A program made the translations under genes and the position numbers. 64,000 nucleotides of DNA from Microcoleus sp. (lineage in GTDB: Bacteria; Cyanobacteriota; Cyanobacteriia; Cyanobacteriales; Microcoleaceae), in assembly GCA_042408215.1 (NCBI GenBank), contig JAYFMW010000007.1, forward strand, positions 224,001 to 288,000. Reading direction: 5' to 3'. The notes beneath the pieces were generated by a model. It searched no databases, was not told where the DNA came from, and saw only the letters and a list, made by a program, of their open reading frames with translations. Below are positions 10,146 to 19,625 of the stretch, piece after piece. Every line of letters starts with the position of its first letter. Within the stretch, counting starts at the first letter, position 1.

Positions 10146-10880
10146 TTGAGCTATAGGATGATAAGCGCTATGACCAACATACTTTCCAATTCTGAGAAAG
10201 TGGAATATCTCGAAACAGCAAAAATTGATTGGTTTCACAACCAACTCAAAGCCTGGGCATCCCAAAACTTGCGCGACTTTCCCTGGCGGCGCACGAGCGA
10301 CCCTTACGCCATTTTTATCGCTGAATTCTTGCTGCAAAAAACGGTAGCCTCAACAGCAGCTCCCGTTTATGAAGCCTTTATCTCCCGCTATCCTACCTTA
10401 GCAGTTCTGGCCGCAACGCCTATAGAAAAAGTTGCTGTCGCTTTACAACCTTTAGGTTTGCACTTTCGAGCCGAAAGACTCTGCCAGTCAATGCAAATCA
10501 TCCTCGAACAACACAACGGCAAAATTCCCCGCACGGAATCTGAATTGCTTCAACTTCCTGGAGTTGGCTTGTATACAGCACGTTCTATTTGCGCCCATGC
10601 TTTCTCCCAACCAAAAGCAGTCCTCGATACCAACGTCGCCCGCATTTTAGAACGGTTTTTCGGCTTGCAGGGCAATCGGGTAAAATCACGGTGCAAGCTA
10701 CTTTGGATGACAGCAGAATTGGTTGCCCCCAATACAGAAGTGGGAAAGTGGAACCTAACACTGATTGACTTTGGCGCAGCCATATGCACGGCTAAAAACC
10801 CTCGCTGCGCGGATTGTCCGCTGAATGATCGCTGCAACTACTACATAAAATCTACTCATCATAAATTAAGATCTCCATGA
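10146..10880 (+). CDS. HhH-GPD [4Fe-4S] DNA glycosylase (short MutY/MIG-like)
   Basis: RDFPWR, EFLLQKT, HhH LPGVGLYTA, VLDTNVAR, CTAKNPRCADCPLNDRC; no MutT-like C-terminal domain. Confidence 0.85.
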   Translation: MSYRMISAMTNILSNSEKVEYLETAKIDWFHNQLKAWASQNLRDFPWRRTSDPYAIFIAEFLLQKTVASTAAPVYEAFISRYPTLAVLAATPIEKVAVALQPLGLHFRAERLCQSMQIILEQHNGKIPRTESELLQLPGVGLYTARSICAHAFSQPKAVLDTNVARILERFFGLQGNRVKSRCKLLWMTAELVAPNTEVGKWNLTLIDFGAAICTAKNPRCADCPLNDRCNYYIKSTHHKLRSP

Positions 10881-11270
10881 AACCAATCCCGCAATTTGAA
10901 GAACTCGCGATCGCCCTTATTGCCTCCAACCTCAACCCCACTCACTTTACCCCTGATTTCCTCTTCGGCAGCGGTATTGTCCCAGAACATTGGCAGCTAG
11001 CTCAACCCCCCCAGGGCGACCCCCACATGACAACAATTACCTTTACCAACGGCGCGATTGCATTTTTCACAACTAGACAGCCACTTTCTCAGAAACCCTA
11101 GAATCGAAATCTCTCAAACAGATACAAATACCGACAATCGTTTGCAAATGTGCCGATAGTTTGCTCAATGCCAACTATCAAAACAATCGGGCGATCGACA
11201 CCTTCGCGCATTCCCAACACAAATTTGTCCCTCGATAATTTTGCCCCAACAACTTATCAATTCCTGGGTC
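10877..11270 (+). pseudogene. Truncated conserved hypothetical gene
   Basis: ATGA overlap with the glycosylase; NLNPTHFTPDFLFGSGIVPEHWQLA; frame ends at 11101 while coding-like sequence continues. Confidence 0.45.
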
Positions 11271-11276
11271 AATAAC

Positions 11277-11804
11277 TTAGGCACTCTCTCCAGCAATAAG
11301 AGGCGATTTAATTTTTGACTTTCGCCACTTTTCTGCACTTTGTTTGACAGCTTCTATTTCCTCAAAATCTACTCTAACAACAGCGATTTCAAATTCTATA
11401 CCTAAAACCGTACAAACTTCGAGGATTTCTACAAAACTGGCACATTGATAATCTGTATCTTCATACTGCTTGACTCGCTGTTCTTCAATTCCCAGTATCT
11501 GAGCCAATTCTTTTTGATTGATTTGGGCTGCTATTCTCGCTTTTATTAAAGCATCCGGTAGCTTATTTATGCTTTCAACTTTAAGTGAAATATGCTGAGT
11601 GCGATCGCACTTCAGCAATCTTTCATAATCAGCTATTTCTGCTCTAAAAACATCCAAGTGACTTTGGATCGATTCGCGCATCGCCGACCACCAAGGATCG
11701 TTATTTTTTACCTCTTCATCTTGAGCGTCATAATTGGCTAGCGTATGTTCACATCTTTTCGCTAACTCTTGGGTATACTCGTATTGTCTTTCATTTCTAA
11801 TCAT
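11277..11804 (-). CDS. XRE-family HTH protein, putative antitoxin
   Basis: MIRNERQY N-terminus; LPDALIKARIAAQINQKELAQILGIEEQRVKQYE HTH; start overlaps the native stop of the upstream gene. Confidence 0.8.
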   Translation of the reverse strand: MIRNERQYEYTQELAKRCEHTLANYDAQDEEVKNNDPWWSAMRESIQSHLDVFRAEIADYERLLKCDRTQHISLKVESINKLPDALIKARIAAQINQKELAQILGIEEQRVKQYEDTDYQCASFVEILEVCTVLGIEFEIAVVRVDFEEIEAVKQSAEKWRKSKIKSPLIAGESA

Positions 11805-12247
11805 GGCCACCACCTTATTAAATCTATAGCAATAATTCCTTTAGGATTTCGTTCTCTGTCTCGCTGAAATAGTTCGTAGGAAGTGATATCATAACTGCCT
11901 ACTGGCTAGTCGGATGGAAAGATTTCACCGCGATAAAGAGCTTTTTGTGCTGCCCTGTCTGCATAATTTCTCAGTCGGGGGGCATAAGTTTTCAGATAAT
12001 TCATATCAACCTCTTCTCTATCCCAACAAGCATCAAAATCTTGAGGAGATAGTTTGCTAGTAATAAAACTGCCATTGATATAAATTGTTCTGCATCCTGC
12101 TGCTTTTAGTTGCTCCATTGCCATTTGCAATCCATCTATCATGCGACTGCGAAGTGGTGTTGTTCCAAATCGCTCTTTGAACTCTTCCCATTCTGTCCAA
12201 TACACTCCTGGTGGTAGGTTGCCGTTCTCATCAAATTCTGGAATCAT
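11801..12247 (-). pseudogene. DUF6932-like nucleotidyltransferase toxin with premature stop
   Basis: MIPEFDENGNLPPG..YINGSFITSKLSPQDFD; TAG at 11906-11908 followed in frame by PVGSYDITSYELFQRDRERNPKGIIAIDLIRWWP*. Confidence 0.75.
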
Positions 12248-12414
12248 GCGATCGCACCCTTAAATTTTAACACAATTTCCTTGTCTGTTTATAATGACTG
12301 TTGATTTACTCAGCATACCTCGATTGTTAACAAAAAGCGATCGCTCAACTTAGAACCAAAACCTTTAGATTGCTAACTTGGAACAATCCGACTTCGGATA
12401 AGCATCAAATAGTC

Positions 12415-13500
12415 ATCTTTGGGCTTAACTATCAACGGCACTCCGATTGCTATAGACGCACAAGGAAGAGCAACTGTCAAGTTAAATAACTTAACTCCCA
12501 TCACAGCAATTGCAACAGCTAAAGATGCGGCCGGAAATGTGGGGAATGCGACTCAAGTTGTCAGGGCGATTGATACTAGCGATGTCAACGCGCCAACTAT
12601 CAACATCAGTTTAGAAGATGATGCAGAAATCACTGCACCTGTCAACATCACCGGCACGATTAGTGACAGCAATTTAGCTTACTATACATTAGAAGTTGCT
12701 CCGGTTGGTGGCGGGAAAATTCCGGGCGATGGCGGAGGATTTAAGGAGGTTTATCGGGGAACTGCTGCTGTCAGCAACGGAACGATTGCGACATTTGACC
12801 CGACTGTTTTGGCTAACGGCGCTTACGTTCTCAAGTTCACTGCTTTTGACGCTAACGGTAACGGTTCGACTGCTGAAAGGACGGTGAATGTTGCGGGAGA
12901 TTTGAAGTTGGGTAATTTCCGGTTGTCGTTTACTGATTTATCCGTTCCAGTAGCGGGAATTCCGATTAATGTAACTCGAACTTACGATTCTTTGAATGCC
13001 AATGCTAGCGATGATTTTGGCTACGGCTGGCGGATGGAATTCCGGGATACTGATTTGAAGACTTCGCTAAAACCCGATCCGACTTATGAGGAGTTGGGCA
13101 TCAATACCGTAGCATTTGATAGCAAGACTAAGGTATTCATTACCTTACCTGGTGGTAAGCGGGAAACCTTTACTTTTAAGCCGACTTCGCATCATCTGAA
13201 TCAGTATTTAGGAGGGGCTGGGCCGGGGGCTGCAATGTACAAGCCGGCTTTTGAGTCGCATTCGGGTTCGACGATGACTCTGACTGTTAAGGATGCGAAT
13301 TTGATACGGAATGAGAACGGGTATTATGGGGTAAACGGACAGCCCTTCAATCCTGAAAATCCTGCCTTTGGTGGCATATATGTGTTGACTACCAAGGAAG
13401 GATTGGTTTACGAGATTGATGCGAAGTCTGGGGATTTGCTGACGGCTACTGATGCTAACGGAAATAAGCTATCTTTTAGCGATGCGGGGATTAAGAGTAG
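12415..13500 (+). pseudogene. Second, truncated copy of the Rhs N-proximal region
   Basis: 1086-bp colinear direct repeat of 1490-2575 with scattered substitutions; truncated at 13500 where tnpB resumes. Confidence 0.9.
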
Positions 13501-13653
13501 ATCAACATTCTGAAACGGGGACTAGCTACGGTGGGGCACACCGGAACTTACGCTTGGGGAGATTTACCCTCTTGGGCTGTTGGTGTAAACTTGCGGTCTA
13601 ATGGCGAGTCGTTGAACCCCGAATCCCCTGATTTATAATCGGGGGAGTGTCAA
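13501..13653 (+). mobile_element. tnpB: 3' end of tnpB plus IS200/IS605 right end (omega-RNA scaffold region)
   Basis: Translates INILKRGLATVGHTGTYAWGD..ESLNPESPDL*; hairpin TCCCCTGATT..AATCGGGGGA followed by GTGTCAA. Confidence 0.88.
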
Positions 13654-13693
13654 CATAGGTCTATCGAAATATACCAACTACAACTAAAAGGTT

Positions 13694-14491
13694 ATGCAGA
13701 AGATCGACGACGGATCATTAAGGGAGATGAGAAGTTCTCAAAACCTGCCAGAATGGCTAGAATTGGCAGAATACGCCTCTATTGCTGGTTCAGCTATTGG
13801 CACGATTGCCGCAGGATTGTCAGGGCACATTGTCTACGCTGCCACTCCCTTGACCCTAGCACTATCCCTGAATCTCGTCAATCGCCAGCGTTTCGACCAA
13901 AAAATGCAACAAAAGTCAAATTCTGCGATCGCGGGCGTAGAATTGGCAGTAAAGTCCCTCCAACAGCAAGTTCAGACACTACCTGGGGAACCTACGGAAC
14001 TCTACACCGCCGTCTCCGACTTGCAGCAAAAACTCAGTAGCTTGGAATCCCACACGATCGCCGACGTACAGGCTGCGGTAAAATCCCTTGAGCAACAAGT
14101 GCAGGAATTTCCGGGAGAGTCTCAGCAACTCTACCCCATGCTTTCCCAATTGCAGCAAAAACTGCACAGCTTGGAAAATAGCGCCCTCAGAGAGCAAGAT
14201 TGGGAAAATGTGAATGTTCGGTTTTTATTGATGGGCGAAAAATTAACGGAAGTTAAAAATATTACAGCAGAGTTGCAGGAGCGATCGTCCGAGGTAGACT
14301 TCAGTGAAATCCAAGATACCGTGAAGCAATTGCAAGTTTTACTCGCTCGACCCACAATAGACGTAGCGACACTGCAAACCGAGATGCATCAATTGCAGGA
14401 GCAAGTTTCCGAATTGGAGCGCCTCAATCAAGAAATTGTCAAGCCTTATTTGCAGCGCCTGATTCGTGCCATGAAACACCTCAGTCAGTAG
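13694..14491 (+). CDS. Hypothetical membrane-anchored coiled-coil protein
   Basis: N-terminal hydrophobic segment (YAATPLTLALSLNLVNR), internally repeated heptad region. Confidence 0.75.
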   Translation: MQKIDDGSLREMRSSQNLPEWLELAEYASIAGSAIGTIAAGLSGHIVYAATPLTLALSLNLVNRQRFDQKMQQKSNSAIAGVELAVKSLQQQVQTLPGEPTELYTAVSDLQQKLSSLESHTIADVQAAVKSLEQQVQEFPGESQQLYPMLSQLQQKLHSLENSALREQDWENVNVRFLLMGEKLTEVKNITAELQERSSEVDFSEIQDTVKQLQVLLARPTIDVATLQTEMHQLQEQVSELERLNQEIVKPYLQRLIRAMKHLSQ

Positions 14492-14542
14492 TTATTGGTT
14501 ATTGGTCAGTAGTCATTAGTCAGTAGTCATTAGTCAGTAGTC

Positions 14543-14602
14543 GTAGGGTGCGTCGCCACTTTGAATCCCTCAAAAAAATAGACAATCGATGAGCGACGCA
14601 CC
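14543..14602. repeat. REP-like palindromic element
   Basis: GTAG-GGTGCGTCGC ... GCGACGCACC inverted repeat following an STRR tract. Confidence 0.55.
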
Positions 14603-14682
14603 AAACCAAGAGTCCGACGTCCGACGTCCGACGTCATTTCGATCGAGTGCTGTATCGGCGATCGAGCTAGAAGCTCGCACTG

Positions 14683-15534
14683 CTAATTATGAAACTTTTG
14701 CCAAGCCTGCCAAAAAACATAAATCGATAAAATTGCCAAGAGCGATCGAAAAGCCAAACTCACAACTCGATCGGACAATCTGGGCAAAAACCGCGTGCTA
14801 ACTTGCACACCCAACAAACCCCCACCGCCCAGAATCAGCCCCACAACCCACAATACATTCCCCCGCGCAGCGTGGCCAGCGGTCGCCGAAATTGCCGTAA
14901 TCACGATCGCGCCCAAGCTCGTTTGAATTGCTGTTTTAATACTTTCTCCTAACAGCAAAATTTGCAGCGGCACCATAATCACGCCTCCACCCACACCAAA
15001 CAAACCCGCTAATAAACCAGCCGCACTGCCGGTAGCAATTCTCGCAAAAATGGGATTCACTAAAACATTTGAATCCTTGGGTAATGGGTCATTGGTAATG
15101 GGTAATGGGTAATTAGTAATGGGTAATTGAGGATTTTCCCGTCCCTCTTCCACTAGATTCTTAGCAGTCAAGCGTTTGCGAACTTCTACCAAATAAATAT
15201 TCAGCCACAGCAACAGCCCAAAAGTAACTAACAACAAATAAGGCGGAAATATCCCCGCCAAATAAACACCAACTTGTGCTGTGATTACGGCTGGAAATCC
15301 GATGCCTGCGACTTGACTCAAACTGAGATAACCCATGCGCCAATTCTGGAAGCTACCAGAAATCGCTGTAATGACGATCGACAAACTGCTGGTAGCAACC
15401 GCTTGCACAGGCGCGTAATTGAGAGCCACCAACAGAGGTACGAGTACCGTCCCGCCACCAATACCCAAAAATCCAGCTAGAATTCCGGCAAAAAGTCCGG
15501 CCGCAGCCAGAATCAATAATTCGTTGATAGTCAT
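14683..15534 (-). CDS. Sulfite exporter TauE/SafE family membrane protein
   Basis: Duplicated GFLGIGGG / GLFGVGGG motifs, AVATS, multiple TM segments. Confidence 0.9.
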   Translation of the reverse strand: MTINELLILAAAGLFAGILAGFLGIGGGTVLVPLLVALNYAPVQAVATSSLSIVITAISGSFQNWRMGYLSLSQVAGIGFPAVITAQVGVYLAGIFPPYLLLVTFGLLLWLNIYLVEVRKRLTAKNLVEEGRENPQLPITNYPLPITNDPLPKDSNVLVNPIFARIATGSAAGLLAGLFGVGGGVIMVPLQILLLGESIKTAIQTSLGAIVITAISATAGHAARGNVLWVVGLILGGGGLLGVQVSTRFLPRLSDRVVSLAFRSLLAILSIYVFWQAWQKFHN

Positions 15535-15863
15535 TAGTTAGTAGTCATTAGTCATTAGTCATTAGTCATTAGTCATTAGTCATTAGTCATTAGTCATTAG
15601 TCAACAGTTAACAGTTAACAGTCATTAGTTAGTAGTCATTAGTTAGTAGTCATTAGTCATTAGTCAACAGTTAACAGTTAACAGTCAACAGTCAACAGTT
15701 AACAGTTAACAGTCATTAGTTAGTAGTCATTAGTCATTAGTCAACAGTCAACAGTTAACAGTTAACAGTCATTAGTTAGTAGTCATTAGTCATTAGTCAA
15801 CAGTTAACAGTTAACAGTTAACAGTCAACAGTTAACAGTCAACAGTCAACAGTCAACAGTCAA
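15530..15863. repeat. STRR heptamer tandem array (TCATTAG / TTAACAG / TCAACAG)
   Basis: Directly visible tandem 7-mers. Confidence 0.95.
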
Positions 15864-15873
15864 CTCCCAACTT

Positions 15874-16716
15874 TTAAGAATCATGAGTTGTACCGTCGGG
15901 CATAATCGCCCGCCTCAAATCAGCATCCCGGAAGTTAGCTCGATTGAGGTTAGCATCAATCAAAACTGCTTCCATCAGAACGGCCCCGCTGAAATTAGAC
16001 CAGCACAGCTTAGCCCGGTACAAATTAGCACCGCTCAAATTAGCTCCCCGCAGGCTTGACCAACTCACATTGGCGACTCTCAAATTAGCATTGCTCAGAT
16101 TAGCTTCGCTCAGATTAGCCCCAACCATCGTTACTTGGCGCAAATCTGCACCAGTAAGATTTGCGCCGCTGAGCATCGCCCCGCTGAGGATAGCAGTTGT
16201 CAAGTTAGCTCTTTCCAAAAGCGACTCGCTGAGAATAGCATTTGTCAGGTTTACCGCTTTGAGAATTGACCAACTCAAATTTGCCTTCATTAAATTAATG
16301 CGAATCATGCTAGCGTCCGTTAAGTTGGCCGCCGACAAATTTGCTTCAGTAAAGTTAGCTTCTGTCAGATTTGCTTCCGTCAAGTTAGCCTTGCTCATAT
16401 TGACTTCTCTAGCCATTGAGCCACGCAGGTTCGCTCCACTAAGGTTGGCTCCGCTCAGATTGGCGCGACTCAAATCAGTGCCGATGAGATTTGCTTCGCT
16501 GAGGTTGGCTTCCGTCAGATCAACCCCTGTGAGTTTCACCTCGCGCAGGTTCGCTCCCGTCAGGTTGGCGCCTTTGAGATTTGCATCCTGGAAATTAGCT
16601 CTGGTAAAGTTAGCCTCGCTGAGGTCTACCCCCTTGAGGTCAGCCCCCGCGAGGTTAATCTCTCGAAAAATTCTTTCTCCGGCCGCATATTGCCTCAAAA
16701 TTCGATCGGCCTCCAT
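15874..16716 (-). CDS. Pentapeptide repeat protein
   Basis: Continuous A(N/D)LxG repeats, YAAGER N-terminus, AIMPDG C-terminus. Confidence 0.95.
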   Translation of the reverse strand: MEADRILRQYAAGERIFREINLAGADLKGVDLSEANFTRANFQDANLKGANLTGANLREVKLTGVDLTEANLSEANLIGTDLSRANLSGANLSGANLRGSMAREVNMSKANLTEANLTEANFTEANLSAANLTDASMIRINLMKANLSWSILKAVNLTNAILSESLLERANLTTAILSGAMLSGANLTGADLRQVTMVGANLSEANLSNANLRVANVSWSSLRGANLSGANLYRAKLCWSNFSGAVLMEAVLIDANLNRANFRDADLRRAIMPDGTTHDS

Positions 16717-17045
16717 GTAATTCGCCTCGCAATTTTTTTTTCAAAGGTTGGAGAGTGATGCATTATACCACACACATCATCTCAGATAACCATCGTATTC
16801 ACTCTGTAAGTTGTAGCATCAGTAAAGTCTTTGCACCGCCGGTTCTCTTTGATAAAAAATTCAAAGAGGATGCGGTTGTGTGGCTCTATCCTAAAAACAC
16901 CCTTGCAAATGTCAAAGATTCTGAGAAAATCAAAAATAGCGTAGAGCAGTCAGCAGTCAACAGCCAGCAGCAAATAAAAACTAACAGCAGAGAATTGACA
17001 ACTGACGGCTGACTGCTTTCTGAACCACTGACAAAGGAAGTTAGA

Positions 17046-18731
17046 ATGCCTGAAAATTTGAGAAGCCAAGCTGTGACTGGGGGCGTGCAGCGTGCGCCCA
17101 ACCGGGCCATGCTGCGGGCCGTTGGTTTTGGCGACAGCGATTTCACTAAACCGATTGTGGGAATTGCTAACGGGTACAGTACGATTACGCCCTGCAATAT
17201 GGGATTGAACGAACTGGCTGTGCGGGCGGTTGCGGCTACAAAGGAAGCGGGCGCGATGCCCCAGATGTTCGGTACGATTACGATCAGCGACGGCATCTCG
17301 ATGGGAACTGAAGGGATGAAATATTCTTTGGTGTCGAGAGACGTGATTGCTGATTCCATCGAAACTGTTTGCAATGGTCAAAGTATGGACGGTGTGCTGG
17401 CTGTCGGCGGTTGCGACAAGAATATGCCGGGGGCGATGATTGCGATCGCCCGCATGAACATTCCTGCTATTTTTGTCTACGGTGGCACGATCAAACCAGG
17501 ACACCACAACGGACGCGATTTAACCGTGGTCAGCGCTTTTGAAGCTGTCGGTCAATTCAGCGCCGGCAAAATTGACCAAGAAGAACTCACCGCAGTAGAA
17601 CAGAAAGCTTGTCCGGGCGCTGGTTCTTGCGGCGGAATGTTCACAGCAAATACCATGTCCAGCGCCTTTGAGGCGATGGGTATGAGTTTGCCCTATTCTT
17701 CGACAATGGCTGCCGAGGATGCCGAAAAGGCAGACAGCGCGGCCGAATCTGCAAAAGTTGTGGTAGAAGCGATTCGCCAACAGTTGCTACCTAGCCAAAT
17801 TTTGACACGCAAGGCCTTTGAAAATGCGATCGCCGTCATCATGGCAGTCGGCGGTTCAACCAATGCTGTGCTGCATTTATTAGCCATTTCCAATGCGATC
17901 GGTGTTGAACTTGAGCTCGACGATTTTGAAACGATTAGAGCCAAAGTCCCAGTGCTATGCGACCTCAAACCCAGCGGTAAATATGTAGCAACAGATTTGC
18001 ACAAAGCCGGCGGCATTCCGCAAGTGATGAAAATGCTGCTAGAACAAGGTTTGCTCCACGGAGATGCGCTGACAATTACCGGAAAAACAGTGGCTGAAGT
18101 GTTGGCAAATATTCCTGCGGAACCTCGCACCGACCAAGATGTAATTCGCCCTTGGAACAACCCGCTTTACCCTCAAGGACATTTAGCAATTCTGAGGGGA
18201 AATCTGGCAACAGAAGGAGCAGTGGCTAAAATTACTGGCGTTAAAAAACCGATAATTACCGGGCCAGCGCGAGTATTTGAATCAGAAGAAAATTGTTTAG
18301 ATGCAATTTTGGCCGGAAAAATTCAAGCGGGAGATGTGATTGTGATCCGCTACGAAGGGCCAAAAGGCGGGCCGGGAATGCGCGAAATGTTAGCTCCAAC
18401 TTCAGCAATTATTGGCGCAGGTTTGGGTGATTCTGTGGGCTTAATTACTGACGGCCGCTTCTCTGGCGGAACTTACGGAATGGTTGTCGGTCACGTTGCA
18501 CCAGAAGCACAAGTTGGCGGCACAATTGCTCTGGTAAAAGAAGGCGATTCGATTACTATTGATGCTCAAAATCGCTTGTTGCAGCTCAATGTTTCTGAGG
18601 TCGAATTGGAGCAGCGCAGGGCAAGTTGGCAACCACCTCAACCTCGCTATACTAGGGGAGTTTTGGCTAAATACGCTAAGTTGGTTTCTTCTAGCAGTAT
18701 TGGTGCTGTTACTGATTTGGGTTTGGGTTAA
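17046..18731 (+). CDS. ilvD: Dihydroxy-acid dehydratase
   Basis: [65 protein letters not shown]. Confidence 0.98.
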   Translation: MPENLRSQAVTGGVQRAPNRAMLRAVGFGDSDFTKPIVGIANGYSTITPCNMGLNELAVRAVAATKEAGAMPQMFGTITISDGISMGTEGMKYSLVSRDVIADSIETVCNGQSMDGVLAVGGCDKNMPGAMIAIARMNIPAIFVYGGTIKPGHHNGRDLTVVSAFEAVGQFSAGKIDQEELTAVEQKACPGAGSCGGMFTANTMSSAFEAMGMSLPYSSTMAAEDAEKADSAAESAKVVVEAIRQQLLPSQILTRKAFENAIAVIMAVGGSTNAVLHLLAISNAIGVELELDDFETIRAKVPVLCDLKPSGKYVATDLHKAGGIPQVMKMLLEQGLLHGDALTITGKTVAEVLANIPAEPRTDQDVIRPWNNPLYPQGHLAILRGNLATEGAVAKITGVKKPIITGPARVFESEENCLDAILAGKIQAGDVIVIRYEGPKGGPGMREMLAPTSAIIGAGLGDSVGLITDGRFSGGTYGMVVGHVAPEAQVGGTIALVKEGDSITIDAQNRLLQLNVSEVELEQRRASWQPPQPRYTRGVLAKYAKLVSSSSIGAVTDLGLG

Positions 18732-18900
18732 AAAAATTCCAATCCGTTGGCATCGGAATGATTCATCTCTCCCTGCTCTAACTCTGCGCTCTCTGCGCCC
18801 TCTGCGGTTTAATCATTCCGATACAACCGGAATTGATCTTACGTTTAATTAAGTTGATCTACTTAGAAGATTCCGAATCAACCAGAAACAACAAGAAAAC

Positions 18901-18999
18901 TTTTTAACCGCAGAGGTCGGCAGATAAACACAGATGAACGCAGATCAAATTCCATCAGCGTTCATCTGTGTCCATCCGCTGAGATCTGCGGTTAAAAAA
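18901..18999. terminator. Long inverted repeat between convergent ilvD and DUF937 genes (bidirectional terminator or dispersed repeat)
   Basis: TTTTTAACCGCAGA..CAGATGAACGC ... GCGTTCATCTG..TCTGCGGTTAAAAA; a related half occurs at ~37565-37610. Confidence 0.55.
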
Positions 19000-19006
19000 A
19001 CCAAAA

Positions 19007-19537
19007 TTAACTGCGCTGATTTAAAAAGCGACTAGCCAGCGAAATTGTGTCTGTAATATCTACATCCCCATCTCCATCTGCATCTAAAAACGCATTCAAA
19101 ACTGAATTTCCACCTTGGTTAGGATTTTGGGTATTGCTACCAGTTTGCAGCAAATTCAGCACGATCGGCACTAAAACCGGTATCATCGCTTGCACTGTCG
19201 CATTATTCAAGCCGGTTCTTGCAGCTATATCTTGCACTATTTGCGCCAGTTGGCCACTCCCGAACAAACTCTGAACGGCTTGCGGATTGGGATTTGTGCC
19301 GCTAAATTGGTTGACAACTTGTTGCACTTGTGCATCCCCTGACTCCGATCGCACGTCTTGCAAGGCCGATCGCACGTAGGAGCCCAAAACCGACATCGCT
19401 AACTGAGTCGTGCCCGCATCAACGCCCTGATTGCCGCTCAACTGCTCTACCGCACCCAGAATTGAGCCCAACTGATTGGGACTTGCTTGTTGGCTGGGAT
19501 TGTCGATCGCGCTTAAAATTTGGTCAAATAGTCCCAT
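19007..19537 (-). CDS. DUF937-family protein with C-terminal EF-hand-like motif
   Basis: MGLFDQIL.., IAARTGL..MIPVLVPIVL, FLDADGDGDVDITD. Confidence 0.8.
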   Translation of the reverse strand: MGLFDQILSAIDNPSQQASPNQLGSILGAVEQLSGNQGVDAGTTQLAMSVLGSYVRSALQDVRSESGDAQVQQVVNQFSGTNPNPQAVQSLFGSGQLAQIVQDIAARTGLNNATVQAMIPVLVPIVLNLLQTGSNTQNPNQGGNSVLNAFLDADGDGDVDITDTISLASRFLNQRS

Positions 19538-19625
19538 AATTTTCGCTCCGTACTGTGATTACTCAACTATAGAAAATAAAATGTAAAAATCAAAGCATCA
19601 AGCCTTTCATTTGCCACTCTCGCTC

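Noticed and set aside
10146..10880. Assigning the symbol mutY
   Set aside because: Lacks the C-terminal MutT-like domain and the QQT motif
15530..15863. Tandem arrays here and at 40741-41193 as possible CRISPR arrays
   Set aside because: Contiguous 7-mers with no unique spacers and no cas genes; typical STRRs
15944..16720. 258-aa plus-strand ORF
   Set aside because: Antisense shadow of the pentapeptide-repeat gene
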